Shown piece by piece: positions 22,289 through 33,657 of a stretch of 64,000 nt of DNA. The stretch covers positions 186,001 through 250,000 of the forward strand of contig JAANOX010000098.1 of the NCBI GenBank assembly GCA_020184695.1. The letters run 5' to 3'. The notes under the pieces are model-generated. The model did no database searches, was not told where the DNA came from, and saw nothing but the letters and a program-made list of their open reading frames with translations. How positions within the stretch are numbered: the stretch's first letter is position 1; the number at the start of each line of letters is the position of its first letter. The translations under genes were made by a program, and so were the position numbers. The DNA comes from Histomonas meleagridis 2922-C6/04-290x. Lineage: Eukaryota > Protista > Parabasalia.

Positions 22289-23449
22289 TTATGAAATTTG
22301 ATCAAACGATCTTGAATACATTGTCATGTGTTTGCTATTATCACATGTAATAAAAGATCCAGCACAATTATGAAGCGGAACACAGTCGTATACAATGTTT
22401 CCCGAGTGTTGGAGAGTCTGTACTTGTTGTGATGACTTCCAAATAACAGCTTTTCCGATTGTCGATCCGCTGATGAGGAAATCTTCAGAAGCTAATGATA
22501 CACAGCATGATCCAATGATAGAGCCATTCGTTGGTGATCTTGAGTATTCCTTTTGGATGTATATTGGAAGTTCATTTCCAATTTGTCTGACAATTCCATC
22601 AAATGATGTGACAGTAATATTCTTTTTCCCTGATATCTTAGAGATCGGAAGCTGTGCGTTTGAGACTTTAAGAGATTGATAGGATTTATTGGTTCGTGGA
22701 TCAAATAATAATAATGATCCAGTGGAAGTGCCAAGTAAGATACCTAGTTCTGTATTAGCAACTGCAGTAACTGGAGATTCCATTTCGAGCACAGATGGAT
22801 TTGGATCGCGGGTATCAATTGATACAATATTTTTTGTGCAATTGGCAATAAGAGTTGAGGACCCAATATCTGCATGTGAAACTGATGGTACGTTGATATA
22901 AAATGATTGATTTTTTGCTGTTTCAACATCCCATATTTTTAATGTTGAGTCAAGCGAAACTGTGGAAATTGAGTTGTTTTCAAGCCATAGAACTGATGTA
23001 ACAGGCCCATCATGACCAACAAGAGATTGAGGCACCTTTTGAATTGGTCCTGCAAATGACTCAGAATCGCTTTGGAAACGAAATCTATAAAGTGATAACA
23101 TATTTTGTCCACACTTTAAAGCATTAAAATCCCATAGGGAAATTGATCCGTTGGATTCTCCTACAGCGACTAAAGGTCCATCACATAAAGTTAATGGTAT
23201 TGATGATAAAGAAACTTTCCCAACTGCTTCAAAAAATGAGGTCACTTTCTCTTGTTTCTTTTGTCCATTTGATCCTACAATTTCATTACAGACTGTTATT
23301 GGAGGTAAAATATTTACTTGACTATTTTGTAAAGAAGCTGATAACTCTTTAACACGTTCTTGAGCCATCTTTACGAGACATGAAAGTTTTTGATTCTCCT
23401 CATTGAGAAGATCATTTTCCTTTTGCATAAGTCTGTTGTGGTAAAGCAT
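22289..23449 (-). CDS. WD40-repeat protein with N-terminal coiled coil
   Basis: Heptad-like N-terminus. GESNGSISLWD and GHDGPVTSVLW...SLDSTLKIWD WD repeats. Confidence 0.85.
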   Translation of the reverse strand: MLYHNRLMQKENDLLNEENQKLSCLVKMAQERVKELSASLQNSQVNILPPITVCNEIVGSNGQKKQEKVTSFFEAVGKVSLSSIPLTLCDGPLVAVGESNGSISLWDFNALKCGQNMLSLYRFRFQSDSESFAGPIQKVPQSLVGHDGPVTSVLWLENNSISTVSLDSTLKIWDVETAKNQSFYINVPSVSHADIGSSTLIANCTKNIVSIDTRDPNPSVLEMESPVTAVANTELGILLGTSTGSLLLFDPRTNKSYQSLKVSNAQLPISKISGKKNITVTSFDGIVRQIGNELPIYIQKEYSRSPTNGSIIGSCCVSLASEDFLISGSTIGKAVIWKSSQQVQTLQHSGNIVYDCVPLHNCAGSFITCDNSKHMTMYSRSFDQIS

Positions 23450-23495
23450 TTTGTATTTTTCACATCACATGTCATATTAAAAATTAATTTTTAAA

Positions 23496-23834
23496 ATGGA
23501 AACTTCATCATTCCAAGAAGAAATTATCAATTGTAAACAAGAAAGAGAAAATGAAAACTCCGATAAAGAAAAGATTCAAAGAAGAATAAATTTCCTGAAG
23601 TCAATGGTAAGATTGGAAATATACCTCAGAGAAATTCCTGAAGAACAATATCCTGTTGAAGCACAAAATGTGATTGAGATCCTAAAAGCAATGGGTTACG
23701 AAGAAGAAAATATGACTTCTGATCAACTTGCCGAAAGAATTGGATTTCTTAATTCAGAATTAAGTAAAATCAAATCAGTTGTCGATCAGATTGAGTCAAA
23801 TGCCCAAAAGATCATAGATTCTAATTGCGAATAA
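23496..23834 (+). CDS. Small helical/coiled-coil hypothetical protein
   Basis: 112-aa ATG-initiated ORF with normal codon usage, ending TAAA. Confidence 0.65.
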   Translation: METSSFQEEIINCKQERENENSDKEKIQRRINFLKSMVRLEIYLREIPEEQYPVEAQNVIEILKAMGYEEENMTSDQLAERIGFLNSELSKIKSVVDQIESNAQKIIDSNCE

Positions 23835-24166
23835 AAATATTATTATAAGATATTTTTGCTTTTAAACAAAATTCCAATTTTTTTAAAAATCTAATCACCA
23901 TTTTGAAGCATATAATTGGTCTATGCCTTAATAAAATTTTGAAATTTCACTCAATGTGAGCATAATTAAAAAAAAGAAATATATAAATAAATATAAGAAA
24001 ACAATTTAATGTTTACGTGTTGTTAAAGTTTTTAATCATTTTTACCTTTATTGATCAAATTCTAAATCAATTGATCAGAAAGAAATGGCGGTAATTCGGG
24101 CACTTTTTAATTTAAACGGTTCACAATCAACAAACATTCTGAAGTTTACTTTACTCAGGGAATCGA

Positions 24167-25039
24167 ATGAAGAAAGGAACATTCGTTGATTGGCCACAAA
24201 AAGCTTTAAATTGTCTTAAAAAAAGTTCAAAAGTTGAGCTTGAAGGTGAAAATATTGATAACTTAGGACGTCTTGGTCAGCTAAAAATGATGCGATCACT
24301 TAATATTTCCTATGTTCAAATTCAAACATTGCAAGGACTCAAGCTCCAAGAGAATCTCGAAACTTTAATAGCTGATGGTTCTTCTATTATATCATTCGCT
24401 AATTTTTCTAGTGTTCCTAATCTTCGTTGTTTATCTATGCTCAATACCCCAGTATCCAAAGAACCCACATTCTTACTTACAGCTCTTATTATTTGTCCTA
24501 AGTTAACTACAGTTAATGGTAAAATCATTCCCAAATCAATAATCAACAAATCGATTAAATCTCCTTCAGCTATGAGGAAACTTATAGACAAAGGCATGAT
24601 GGCAGAGTATCCATATCCCAGTTCTGATGATCTCCAAGATCTATGTAGTCGATATGGAATTTTAACAGATGAACAACAATCCACAATTTCATCACAACTC
24701 AATGAAGAACCAAGTGAAGATGATTTTGAAGATGTTCTTGCCGAGTTATATCGGCAACAAGAACAAATTGTCCAAAATGCACGAATGTCAATTGACAATA
24801 ATTCACAACTTACTGAATCTGAAACTGAAGTTGAGTCTGAGCATAGTGAGGAACTACTTGAAATCGAATCTACTGATGAAAGCGATTTCGGAACAGAGGC
24901 AGTTGAAGAGGCAACGCCGCTTGTCGACAGGATCGCGGACGTTCTTTCGGCGAATGGATTCGAAATAGACCAAAATGATGTATACACATCAGTGCTTAAT
25001 ACGATAAAGGAACTCGTGAAGGAGGATATGGATTTATAG
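24167..25039 (+). CDS. Leucine-rich-repeat protein with acidic C-terminal region
   Basis: LxxLxLxxNxI-like repeats (MRSLNISYVQIQTL, LETLIADGSSII, LRCLSMLNTPV) and an LRRcap-like CPKLTTVNG, then an E/S/D-rich tail. Confidence 0.8.
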   Translation: MKKGTFVDWPQKALNCLKKSSKVELEGENIDNLGRLGQLKMMRSLNISYVQIQTLQGLKLQENLETLIADGSSIISFANFSSVPNLRCLSMLNTPVSKEPTFLLTALIICPKLTTVNGKIIPKSIINKSIKSPSAMRKLIDKGMMAEYPYPSSDDLQDLCSRYGILTDEQQSTISSQLNEEPSEDDFEDVLAELYRQQEQIVQNARMSIDNNSQLTESETEVESEHSEELLEIESTDESDFGTEAVEEATPLVDRIADVLSANGFEIDQNDVYTSVLNTIKELVKEDMDL

Positions 25040-26051
25040 AAAAAATTGCGCATCTGGAATTATTCCTAATTAAAATATTTATAATGTTCATTTTTGAAAT
25101 TGAAATTTATGAAAAAATAAATTTGTTTTGTTTTGAGAAATAGTTTTATTAATAGGGAAAATGATCGATTTGAATTATTATTTTTTGTAAAGATTATTAA
25201 TGTATGAAATGAGTTGCGAATCGGACACTAATAATTGAGACTGATATATTTGAATATGCAAAATAAATTTGGTATGGAATATGTATCATTCTTGAATGAG
25301 TGCTTTTTATAATGTTTAGCAAAATGGAAATATTCATAAATATAAAGACAATAGCTTTATAGAATTACTAACAACATATTTTACTTAAATTTGGGTTTGG
25401 GTTAGTTTCTCATGGTGTGATTTCGTGAATTTAATTATAAACATTCTTTAATTTATTTTAAACTATTCATTCTTTTGTAATTTGTTGCGTTTTATGTTTT
25501 TGCAATATTAAATATTTAAATTTTAAAAGAAATGATTCCAATGGAATAATATAAAAAAAATCCATTTTTCCATTGGTTTCCTTTAAATATATTATATATA
25601 TACTGTCTATAAAAAATAAAACCAGAGGAAAAATTTTATTAAAATATATGGAAAACTTAAGTTGTGTTATCTCACAAATAGATGTTTAAATGTTATTAAA
25701 AACATTTCTTCAGATATTCTCCAAAAGAAATACCATGCATTATACCATTACCACCTTTTATACATAACTGTAGTATAAGTCTCATTTTCTTGATGGTTAT
25801 CAAATGTTAAATACTATAAGGATACTAATTGTTTTACAAAAGATCATAGTTAATCAGCAACAAAATCATAAATAAATTTTTTTCAAATTATAAGCACGGA
25901 ACATTCTAAAAAGCACAATAAATTTATATTAATTTCATACCAAATATTAAGGAATATTTTTCTTTCACATTAAATGTTTTCACTTTCGTTTAGCTACAAA
26001 AATATATTTCGATTTATTTGTATGATACATTAAATTTTATTAATATATATA

Positions 26052-27728
26052 TTAAAACATTGGCAGCATTTCGTCTGCCTCTTTTCTGTCTTCTTCGTCT
26101 TCCTTCTTTGCCAGGATCAAAATAAACAATCCCAGTACAAGAAGTAGCAAAACGAAGCAGAATAGCACATAAAAACCCTTTATTTTGTAAAGTAAGAAAA
26201 CTCTGCTTTGATTAGATTTGGTGGTGAATAAGTGCGAATTAGGCATTAACCATCGCCAAATGTCCGACCCAATCGAAACAACGCTTACTTCCTCAATATA
26301 ATGGGCATTATCTCCGAGGCCAAATAGCCAATATGGGGTTGTCAATCCATTTGTAGATCTTTGTACAGCTGTGGTATTTAGCTTCACTCCTTGCTTGTTC
26401 GTGTACTGTATGTGTATTGTGGCGCCATTATAGATGGTAGAAAGAGGTTCTGGATGAGGATAACTTTTTCCATGAGAACACCACTCAAGACAATCGCCAT
26501 TGAGCGCTGTTACCTTTAAGAAGTAAGAGTCTGTCGCTAGAGTTGAGATAAATGATCCTTTGTTCGTGATATAGTCAAGTGTGCCATCTTGATATAAATC
26601 GAAAAATCCTCCAAGACCAGGAAGAGATGAACGGGTAACAAAAACTACTTCATGTGAACCACAATTCTTACATTCCTGTGTAAGGATAATTGCTGTTTGA
26701 GTTTCATCGTCACTTTTATCATAAACGCCGATACCAACCGCCGGATAACCGTCCAACGTGATGTCTCCAATTTGAGGAATTATTCCAGGAATGATATCAA
26801 GAACTTCTAACTTAACCGAATTGGATTGATTAGAACATTCGATATCACTTTGAAATCCATTGTTTGTGTTGAACATGTAACAAAGATATGATGATTCATT
26901 TTCTGGATAAACAGGAAAAACAATATCAAGAAGGCCATCCTTATCAAAATCACCAATAGCTATTTCTCCGCTGTTTGGTGGTCCATTGAAAGTTTGTAAT
27001 TTAACCCATTTGAAATTTTCGAATTTAAAAACTGTGAACTCGGTCTTTGTTTGCGTTTTTGAAGTGGATGCAATCAGATTTATTGACTCTGTTGGGGTCA
27101 ATTGAGCGGCAGCAATTGAATAAATTTCTGGGAATTCCTCATTTTGTATGAACAAGCGCCATTTTCCTGTTGAAGAATCTTTGTAAAGGAAGTCCATTGT
27201 ATACGTTTGGGAAAAATCGAAAACAAATGGAATAGAATCTGATTGAATTTGCAAATGTTCCAAAGTTGATGAAAATGTACCTTTATTGTTGACTAAAAGT
27301 GAAATATTGTATGGAGGAGCATTCGTTGCTGAATGAACTATTAGTAAATCATTATATCCAGTTTTATAATAATCAATTGGAATAACAGCCTGTATATTTG
27401 CAGATGGTAAAGTAATTGAACGTTCTTTTTGGTATGCCTTTAAATCTGAAGAATAATGAAACAATGATAACTCGCAATCATTTTCTCGAGAATAAATAAT
27501 ATCAATATCTTTTTTTCTTTCGACATCAACAAAGCACATTGGTTTCCAAGAGTTTTCTGGAAGGCCCATACTCCATTTTGTTATTGAAGATTTTGGAATT
27601 GTTGAATTTAATAAGCTTTCTTCCTGTGTAACTGTGTCACCAACATAAATCCCTGCAAGGATAGCAAGACATAAAGTTATATATAACCAAATTGGAGGAT
27701 GCACTATGAAATCAATGCAACTCTTCAT
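26052..27728 (-). CDS. ITFG1: T-cell immunomodulatory protein/LINKIN (FG-GAP type I membrane protein)
   Basis: Signal/anchor. FG-GAP-like IGDFDKDGLLDIVF, GDITLDGYP and FFDLYQDGTLD; FLKVTALNG; PYWLFGLG..HYIEEV; TM helix; conserved tail KKEDEEDRKEA. First ATG is at 27728. Confidence 0.9.
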   Translation of the reverse strand: MKSCIDFIVHPPIWLYITLCLAILAGIYVGDTVTQEESLLNSTIPKSSITKWSMGLPENSWKPMCFVDVERKKDIDIIYSRENDCELSLFHYSSDLKAYQKERSITLPSANIQAVIPIDYYKTGYNDLLIVHSATNAPPYNISLLVNNKGTFSSTLEHLQIQSDSIPFVFDFSQTYTMDFLYKDSSTGKWRLFIQNEEFPEIYSIAAAQLTPTESINLIASTSKTQTKTEFTVFKFENFKWVKLQTFNGPPNSGEIAIGDFDKDGLLDIVFPVYPENESSYLCYMFNTNNGFQSDIECSNQSNSVKLEVLDIIPGIIPQIGDITLDGYPAVGIGVYDKSDDETQTAIILTQECKNCGSHEVVFVTRSSLPGLGGFFDLYQDGTLDYITNKGSFISTLATDSYFLKVTALNGDCLEWCSHGKSYPHPEPLSTIYNGATIHIQYTNKQGVKLNTTAVQRSTNGLTTPYWLFGLGDNAHYIEEVSVVSIGSDIWRWLMPNSHLFTTKSNQSRVFLLYKIKGFYVLFCFVLLLLVLGLFILILAKKEDEEDRKEADEMLPMF

Positions 27729-28435
27729 ATTTGTTTGTTTGGAAGCGAACAAAAAGTGACGCTTCAGCTTTTTGAAAGCATTACATCAAATAAAATTTTA
27801 TTGATTTCATAATCTGACTTCATTAAAATGTTTTAAAAATGTTTTTAAATTATTATATTTTTTGGAAAATGTTTTTAAGTTTACATAATTGAAAATAATT
27901 ATTTCCTTTTATTTGGTTCTAGTTTATATAGAACTGTTTATATCCATACAATAATGTTTTTAAATCATAATATGAATGCATTCATATTTAACATTTCTTA
28001 TTGAACAATCTCATAAATTTTTTTGATTTCCAAATAATATTTTAATGATAAGTTTTGAAATAAATTTATATTATAAATAGCATGAATGTTCTTATCATCA
28101 GAGTATATCTTGTTTGTTATTATTTTACTTTTTCTTTGCGAAGATCATTGGTTACTATGTTATTTATAATAGGTGATTATTTTACGTATAATATAAATCT
28201 TCACATAAATGTTCGGTATTAATGATTTTAAGAGCTGATCAAAATTATTTGTTAAATAAAATGAAATGTTGCAACAAATTTATGAGGTTTTAGTTTCTTA
28301 CCCCAATTTAATTATTAAAATTTAGATTATTAAAATTCAATTTGAATAAATTCTTTTTCATACTCAACTCAAAAAAGTTTATCATTTTTTTTCTATAAAA
28401 CATTTCTTCTTATTTTTTGTTTTTTACAAATAATA

Positions 28436-29992
28436 TTACAAGTATTTATTAATTTTCATCATTACATTTTCGTCATCACCAAATCTGTTTAAGCATTCCT
28501 GATAAAACCTTGCAAAAATCGATAATTCCGCCACATATTTTGCAAACACGATAACCAAATTTGGAGGCATTTCTCGTGCTACAGCCACCAGAAAGTCAGC
28601 CATCACTGCTGAGTGCGTGTGATTCTTCATTACCAAGTCAACCATTGTCGGCACGTTTCTTTTCCAAAACATTTTCATTATATCATTATTCGGATAACAT
28701 ACAGATATTTTGCACAAACAACTCAATGCCTTTTTAGGTGTTACGAAAACTAAATCTAAAATTAAATCTAACAAAGGGTGATATAACATCAAATTTGGAT
28801 TTGCATTTTGTTGAACTGCTTCAATTAAAAAATCGCAAATGACATTCGGCGATTGAATTTTATGCGTTTCGACAATTATAATGAATTCTTCAGGAGAAAT
28901 CGAGTCAGCATTCGAAATGATATTAACAAATAATGGCGAAAGTTGTTTGCATAGTTCTATCGGTGATGTTAATAACACATTTAAAAGTTTTGTGATGTTG
29001 CCTTCGCGTTCGAAACATTGAGTAATGAGGTCATTATAATCGCCTCTTTTACAGACATCGAATAATACTTTGAATGTAAGCTCTTGGCGACATGAAGTTG
29101 AATGAATGAACTCTTCAATCGGAAAATATTTGGAAGATGATGGAAATATAGGCGATTTAATAATTTCCTCAATAAAGTCATATGGAAATGAATCAGCATA
29201 TGGGAGAACACATGCAATAAAAAAACTTAATATGCTATCAACATCAATTAATCGTTTGTAAATTTGTTCGATCCCTTGAATATAATCATCAAAATTACTC
29301 ATGTCATATGAAAAGGCATCCTTGAGAAGTGAAAATTCATTCCGTGGTCGAAAAATCGAAGATGAAAATGACCGATTTGAAATGAGAATAAAATGGATAA
29401 GATTAAGAGGATCGTGAGAATAATGAAGAAGAAGTGAATCAACAAAGGTTGCTTGAGCTTTTTTGGAAAGATTGAAAAATGTGGATTGCGACGAAAAGTT
29501 AATAAAATAGGATTCATATATTTCTTGTGGAGTTGAATGAGTAAATGTAAGCTCAAATATACAACGATCTATGGGTCTATGTAAATGACCGTCAAATAAT
29601 AATGATAATTTTTCGTCTGGATATTTCAGAATACTCGGAGAACTAAGATTACGCCAATCATTGTCAATGAATTGCTGGTTAAGGTGTTGATCTACTGATG
29701 TGATAACTGTGTTTGGACGAATATTGTATTCAAAAAGAGCACAAAGAATACTATCAAGAAGAAGAGGTGACTGAGACACTGCTCGAAGGATACGATCGAA
29801 GGAGGCAATTTTATCAATATGTCCCTCATCAAATAGGGATAAAAAGAATGATGAAAAAACACGATGCATAAGTTCAGGAGAATATGAAACAACACACAAT
29901 TTACTAAAACAGACGGAATTAAATGTTTGGGCTTCAAGAAAACTTTTTGACAAATTAGCAATGGCTCTTTTTACGATCCTTTCTTGGTTCAT
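28436..29992 (-). CDS. Hypothetical alpha-helical (ARM/HEAT-like) protein
   Basis: 518-aa ATG-initiated ORF with no recognisable catalytic motif. Confidence 0.7.
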   Translation of the reverse strand: MNQERIVKRAIANLSKSFLEAQTFNSVCFSKLCVVSYSPELMHRVFSSFFLSLFDEGHIDKIASFDRILRAVSQSPLLLDSILCALFEYNIRPNTVITSVDQHLNQQFIDNDWRNLSSPSILKYPDEKLSLLFDGHLHRPIDRCIFELTFTHSTPQEIYESYFINFSSQSTFFNLSKKAQATFVDSLLLHYSHDPLNLIHFILISNRSFSSSIFRPRNEFSLLKDAFSYDMSNFDDYIQGIEQIYKRLIDVDSILSFFIACVLPYADSFPYDFIEEIIKSPIFPSSSKYFPIEEFIHSTSCRQELTFKVLFDVCKRGDYNDLITQCFEREGNITKLLNVLLTSPIELCKQLSPLFVNIISNADSISPEEFIIIVETHKIQSPNVICDFLIEAVQQNANPNLMLYHPLLDLILDLVFVTPKKALSCLCKISVCYPNNDIMKMFWKRNVPTMVDLVMKNHTHSAVMADFLVAVAREMPPNLVIVFAKYVAELSIFARFYQECLNRFGDDENVMMKINKYL

Positions 29993-30324
29993 AAAACTTG
30001 AAAAGAATATTTAAACGGTCTCATACAATGATCAGCAGATTTTTCCTGTTTTAGTGATCTCATGGTGAATTATATTTAAAACTTATAGTAATGTTGACAA
30101 CAATAAATCGTTACCTATTAAAAACCATTGCAAAGTTCAATTGTTATAAAATCAAAAATATTATTTTTTTTTTATTTTAAAAAAATTATTTAGCTCCTTT
30201 TAGCGTAAATTGTTTTTAAGCAAAGAAGGAGTTTTCAAAAAAAAAAATTTAAAATTTTTTAAAAATGAAATTCATTTAATTCATTTATTCCACCTTTATT
30301 AATATTTATTAATATTTGTGTTTT

Positions 30325-30657
30325 CTATGCGTTCTGCTGGTATTTGTAGCCACATTTTGGACATTCATAGAAAATTGTCTGTCCTTCATCAGCACTACGA
30401 AGTTGAGCAGTAGAAAAGTAAAGACCTTCATGACTACACTCTGGACATCTTTCATTAATCATTGTACGAACACTTCCAGTACTAAAACCAAGATCTTCTT
30501 CTACATCTTCCTTTAAATCTACTGTTCTTTCGAAATGTCCTAACAATGAAACATCAAACTGTTTTCCACATAATGGACACAATATTTCACCCATTGTTTG
30601 AATATGAATTAAAGTTCCGCAATAATCGCAAAATTGATTTAAATTTTGGTCTTCCAT
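30325..30657 (-). CDS. RPA12: RNA polymerase I subunit RPA12 (two zinc ribbons, TFIIS-like C-terminus)
   Basis: FCDYCGTLI...CPLCG; ERCPECSH...STAQLRSADEGQTIFYECPKCG. The ADEG(Q/A)T form fits RPA12 rather than RPC11 (ADEPMT). Confidence 0.92.
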   Translation of the reverse strand: MEDQNLNQFCDYCGTLIHIQTMGEILCPLCGKQFDVSLLGHFERTVDLKEDVEEDLGFSTGSVRTMINERCPECSHEGLYFSTAQLRSADEGQTIFYECPKCGYKYQQNA

Positions 30658-30737
30658 TTTCTGATGAAGTCAAACAAACCTTCTGAAATCACCAACTGAA
30701 ATTGACAATGTCTGTTTAGAGTTCTTAGTAAAATGAA

Positions 30738-32105
30738 ATGAAAAACAAAAATATTTTTTACAATTTTTATAAATTTAATTATTTCTCAGCACTTTTAGAG
30801 TTCCAACAAGGAGCTCCTCTTAAGACTATTTGGTCAATCAATTCTCTTCAAATTCCTTCCATTGATAAATTTCTTAATTTCATAGGAAACACTCATATTG
30901 TTGGTAAAGAAGGAGACACGGATATCCCACCAACTATTTTCCGATCCAAATATGAAGGGAGGCCATTTGTCTGTATATCCATCCAAATTCCTGATACACA
31001 AGCACGTGGGTTTCTTCGAATCCTTGATCTTGTCATAGCCCATGAAAGCATTTCACCTTCACCAATTCAGCAATTTATTTCACTTATGAAAGAATTTCAA
31101 TCACATGCAATGGATATTTTTCTCAATGAAATTCCCACATATGCATCCACAGTTGCTTATTATTGTTCTATCCTTAACCAAAAAGACATCCGACTCACCA
31201 CATTAAATGCCATTCTTAATGAAGTTAAACCGATACTTCAAAAGTTTGGAATTGATTACACAAAATGTGAAAAAGATGATAATATTCCAGTTGATCATTT
31301 TGTTATTCTTACTAATGAGCTTCGTGATATTAAACAACTTATTGGCTTTGATTCACATGTAACAGATCTCATTGATATGTTATCGAAACTTCCATCAGCA
31401 CCAATCATTAAATCTAACAATTATCTTGCTATTGGGTACTCATTTCCACAATTATTTAATTCTGTTTGTACAAAAAATGCGGACAAACAATTGCCACAAA
31501 TACTTTCGAATAACGAAGCTTTAATTCACGTGATTTTTTCGATATTATGTGGAAGGAAAATGATAATTATATCATCAAAAAATATTCTGAAACAATCATT
31601 CATCGATTTAATACTTTGTCTTTCTTCTTTCATTCCTAATTTCGATGAGTCGGATATTGGCTTTTATGATGGCGCTCCTGATATGACAAAAACTGATGAA
31701 AAATTAATTCTTTGTAATGAATTAAATGAAATTGATGAAATAGATCAAATGTCGATACTCAATTTTAATGAATGTACATATATTGGAATTGTTTGTGAAC
31801 AAAATTCTTATGTTTGGTCTTTCGCAAAAATGATACCTGGCCAAAGCATAGCGACATATGTTTCAAGATGTTCTTATTTCATTAATATTTATTTGGGTTC
31901 ATTCCTGGCGACCGTTATGGGTTTCAAGCAAAATAGAATTAAACGGTCGTTTTCGGACATGTTATGTGAAAAGGGGTTCCCAAAGGATGATTTCCCAATG
32001 TTTAGATATTGGCTAAAATTAATTCCTGAGTTTAGGGAAATGGATAAAATGATCTACTCTGAATATAGAGAAAAAAATATTGGAACAATGGCATTCGGTT
32101 GTTAA
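30738..32105 (+). CDS. Folliculin/SMCR8-type longin-DENN protein
   Basis: IPDTQARGFLR resembles the D.xARGF.R motif of the FLCN/SMCR8 longin domain, and IFSILCGRKMII resembles their DENN core. The start codon is uncertain. Confidence 0.7.
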   Translation: MKNKNIFYNFYKFNYFSALLEFQQGAPLKTIWSINSLQIPSIDKFLNFIGNTHIVGKEGDTDIPPTIFRSKYEGRPFVCISIQIPDTQARGFLRILDLVIAHESISPSPIQQFISLMKEFQSHAMDIFLNEIPTYASTVAYYCSILNQKDIRLTTLNAILNEVKPILQKFGIDYTKCEKDDNIPVDHFVILTNELRDIKQLIGFDSHVTDLIDMLSKLPSAPIIKSNNYLAIGYSFPQLFNSVCTKNADKQLPQILSNNEALIHVIFSILCGRKMIIISSKNILKQSFIDLILCLSSFIPNFDESDIGFYDGAPDMTKTDEKLILCNELNEIDEIDQMSILNFNECTYIGIVCEQNSYVWSFAKMIPGQSIATYVSRCSYFINIYLGSFLATVMGFKQNRIKRSFSDMLCEKGFPKDDFPMFRYWLKLIPEFREMDKMIYSEYREKNIGTMAFGC

Positions 32106-32466
32106 ATATTGTAAATATTGTAATTATTTCAATGAATTTTATAATATAAATATTACATAATATGTTCAAAGAATGTTGTTCATGTCAACGTTATATGAAC
32201 ATTTTTAAATGTAATCTAGCAATTTAAAAATATGTTTCTTTTTTGATTACAATCATGGAAACTTAGAAATAAAATATTTATTCGACTTTAAATATTGATA
32301 AAGACAATCTTTCAATATGAGGAAAATAGTTTTTCTCTACCCAAAAAGCATCCAAAAAAAACATCAAACGATGAGTTTTTTCCAACAATTAAAATTTGAA
32401 AGCTTTCAATTTCTGTCAGTTTGACCATTTGTGAGGGTTTGTTTGTATAATTGTCCAAACTTTCAG

Positions 32467-33657
32467 ATGTTAATCTTAATTTCTTTGTTATTTACTCTTA
32501 CAAATAGTAAATATATAAAAGCAGCTAAGGCGTCTAAATTTTCAAAAATGAAAGACATTGATGAATACTTGGATCTTTTTCAAAATGACAATAAAAAATC
32601 CAAAAAGGGAGGCACAACTAAAAAACAGAGTATCTTTGATGATGATTTTCAAATTGATGATAAGAAAACAAAAAAAGATTCAATATTTGATTTTGATTTC
32701 GATTCTAAGAAAGATACCAGCAAATCAGACCTAGATCTGGAAGATGATAGCATATTCCCAAAGAACAAAAAAACTAAGCGCGAGAGCTCTTTTGATTTTG
32801 AACTTGATGATCTCTTAAAAACTGATAAAAAGAAAAAACAGGATGATCTTGATGGTTTTACTGAAGCAAAACCTAAGCGTAAGCGTGGTAATCCATTTGT
32901 TTTTGATGATGAATCACAAGATAAGGAAGTTATTGATGATACTACTATCCGCCGCAAGCCCAGCCGTAAAATCTCTGACTTCAATCTAGATTTTTCTGAC
33001 AATTTACCGCCCAATACACGTCTTGAGAATGGAAATCTTGTATGTAATGAAGGATATGTTTCTGATTCAGATATTTCCACCAAAGGTTGTTGGAAGTGTA
33101 CAAAAACATGTCATAAGCAAGCACACTGTGATAGTACAGGAGAGTGTGTTTGTAATTCTGGTTATCAAGGTGATGGTGTTAAAAAATGTACACGTCTCAC
33201 ACTTAAGATCACTGATGTTAAGAATGAAAATGGCATACTGACCATAACAACCAACGGAATAGAGAACGGTGCATTAACTGGATATTGCAGCTTTGATGGG
33301 GTAAAAAGTGACGCTTTATCGGTCGAAAATGGAATTATTCGCTGCATGATACCAAATGTTGGTGATACGCCATCTAAAGTATCTGTATCAGTTGATGGTG
33401 AGTTATGGTCTAATAATGTAAGCTTAGGAAAGAAAACAAGCTTCTTGAAGATAATATTTACAGTTGGAATTGTTGTTGCCATTGTTACTGTTATTGGTTT
33501 TGTAATAAATAAAATTAGAAAAAGAAGGAACTCAAGACAACCAAAGAAATTCATTCAGAATTATCAAGTCAAATTAAATCAAAAGTTGGGAAAACCACAA
33601 GAAAATGAACGCGATGAGTTCGATGTATACTTCGAACAAATACCGGATGATGCTTAA
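32467..33657 (+). CDS. Type I membrane protein: signal peptide, D/K-rich low-complexity region, EGF-like domain, IPT/TIG-like domain, TM helix
   Basis: MLILISLLFTL signal; CHKQAHC...CVCNSGYQGDGVKKC EGF; YCSFDG...IRCMIP...VSVSVDGELWS IPT; IIFTVGIVVAIVTVIGFVI TM. Confidence 0.85.
   Translation: MLILISLLFTLTNSKYIKAAKASKFSKMKDIDEYLDLFQNDNKKSKKGGTTKKQSIFDDDFQIDDKKTKKDSIFDFDFDSKKDTSKSDLDLEDDSIFPKNKKTKRESSFDFELDDLLKTDKKKKQDDLDGFTEAKPKRKRGNPFVFDDESQDKEVIDDTTIRRKPSRKISDFNLDFSDNLPPNTRLENGNLVCNEGYVSDSDISTKGCWKCTKTCHKQAHCDSTGECVCNSGYQGDGVKKCTRLTLKITDVKNENGILTITTNGIENGALTGYCSFDGVKSDALSVENGIIRCMIPNVGDTPSKVSVSVDGELWSNNVSLGKKTSFLKIIFTVGIVVAIVTVIGFVINKIRKRRNSRQPKKFIQNYQVKLNQKLGKPQENERDEFDVYFEQIPDDA

Noticed and set aside
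24322-25053. 243-aa antisense ORF, and similar shadow ORFs (21858-22165, 32649-33083, 39194-39586, 46770-47200, 48137-48470)
   Set aside because: They overlap well-supported genes on the other strand or frame and mirror their low-complexity codons, with no independent motifs.
25390-25405. TTTGGGTTTGGGTTAG telomere-like tract
   Set aside because: Only two to three units in internal intergenic DNA, compatible with chance.
30708-30804. Possible intron at the 5' end of the DENN gene (TTTAGAGTTC direct repeat 79 nt apart, upstream ATG at 30708)
   Set aside because: No GT-AG choice gives an in-frame join, and the upstream ATG is followed by TAG after two codons.
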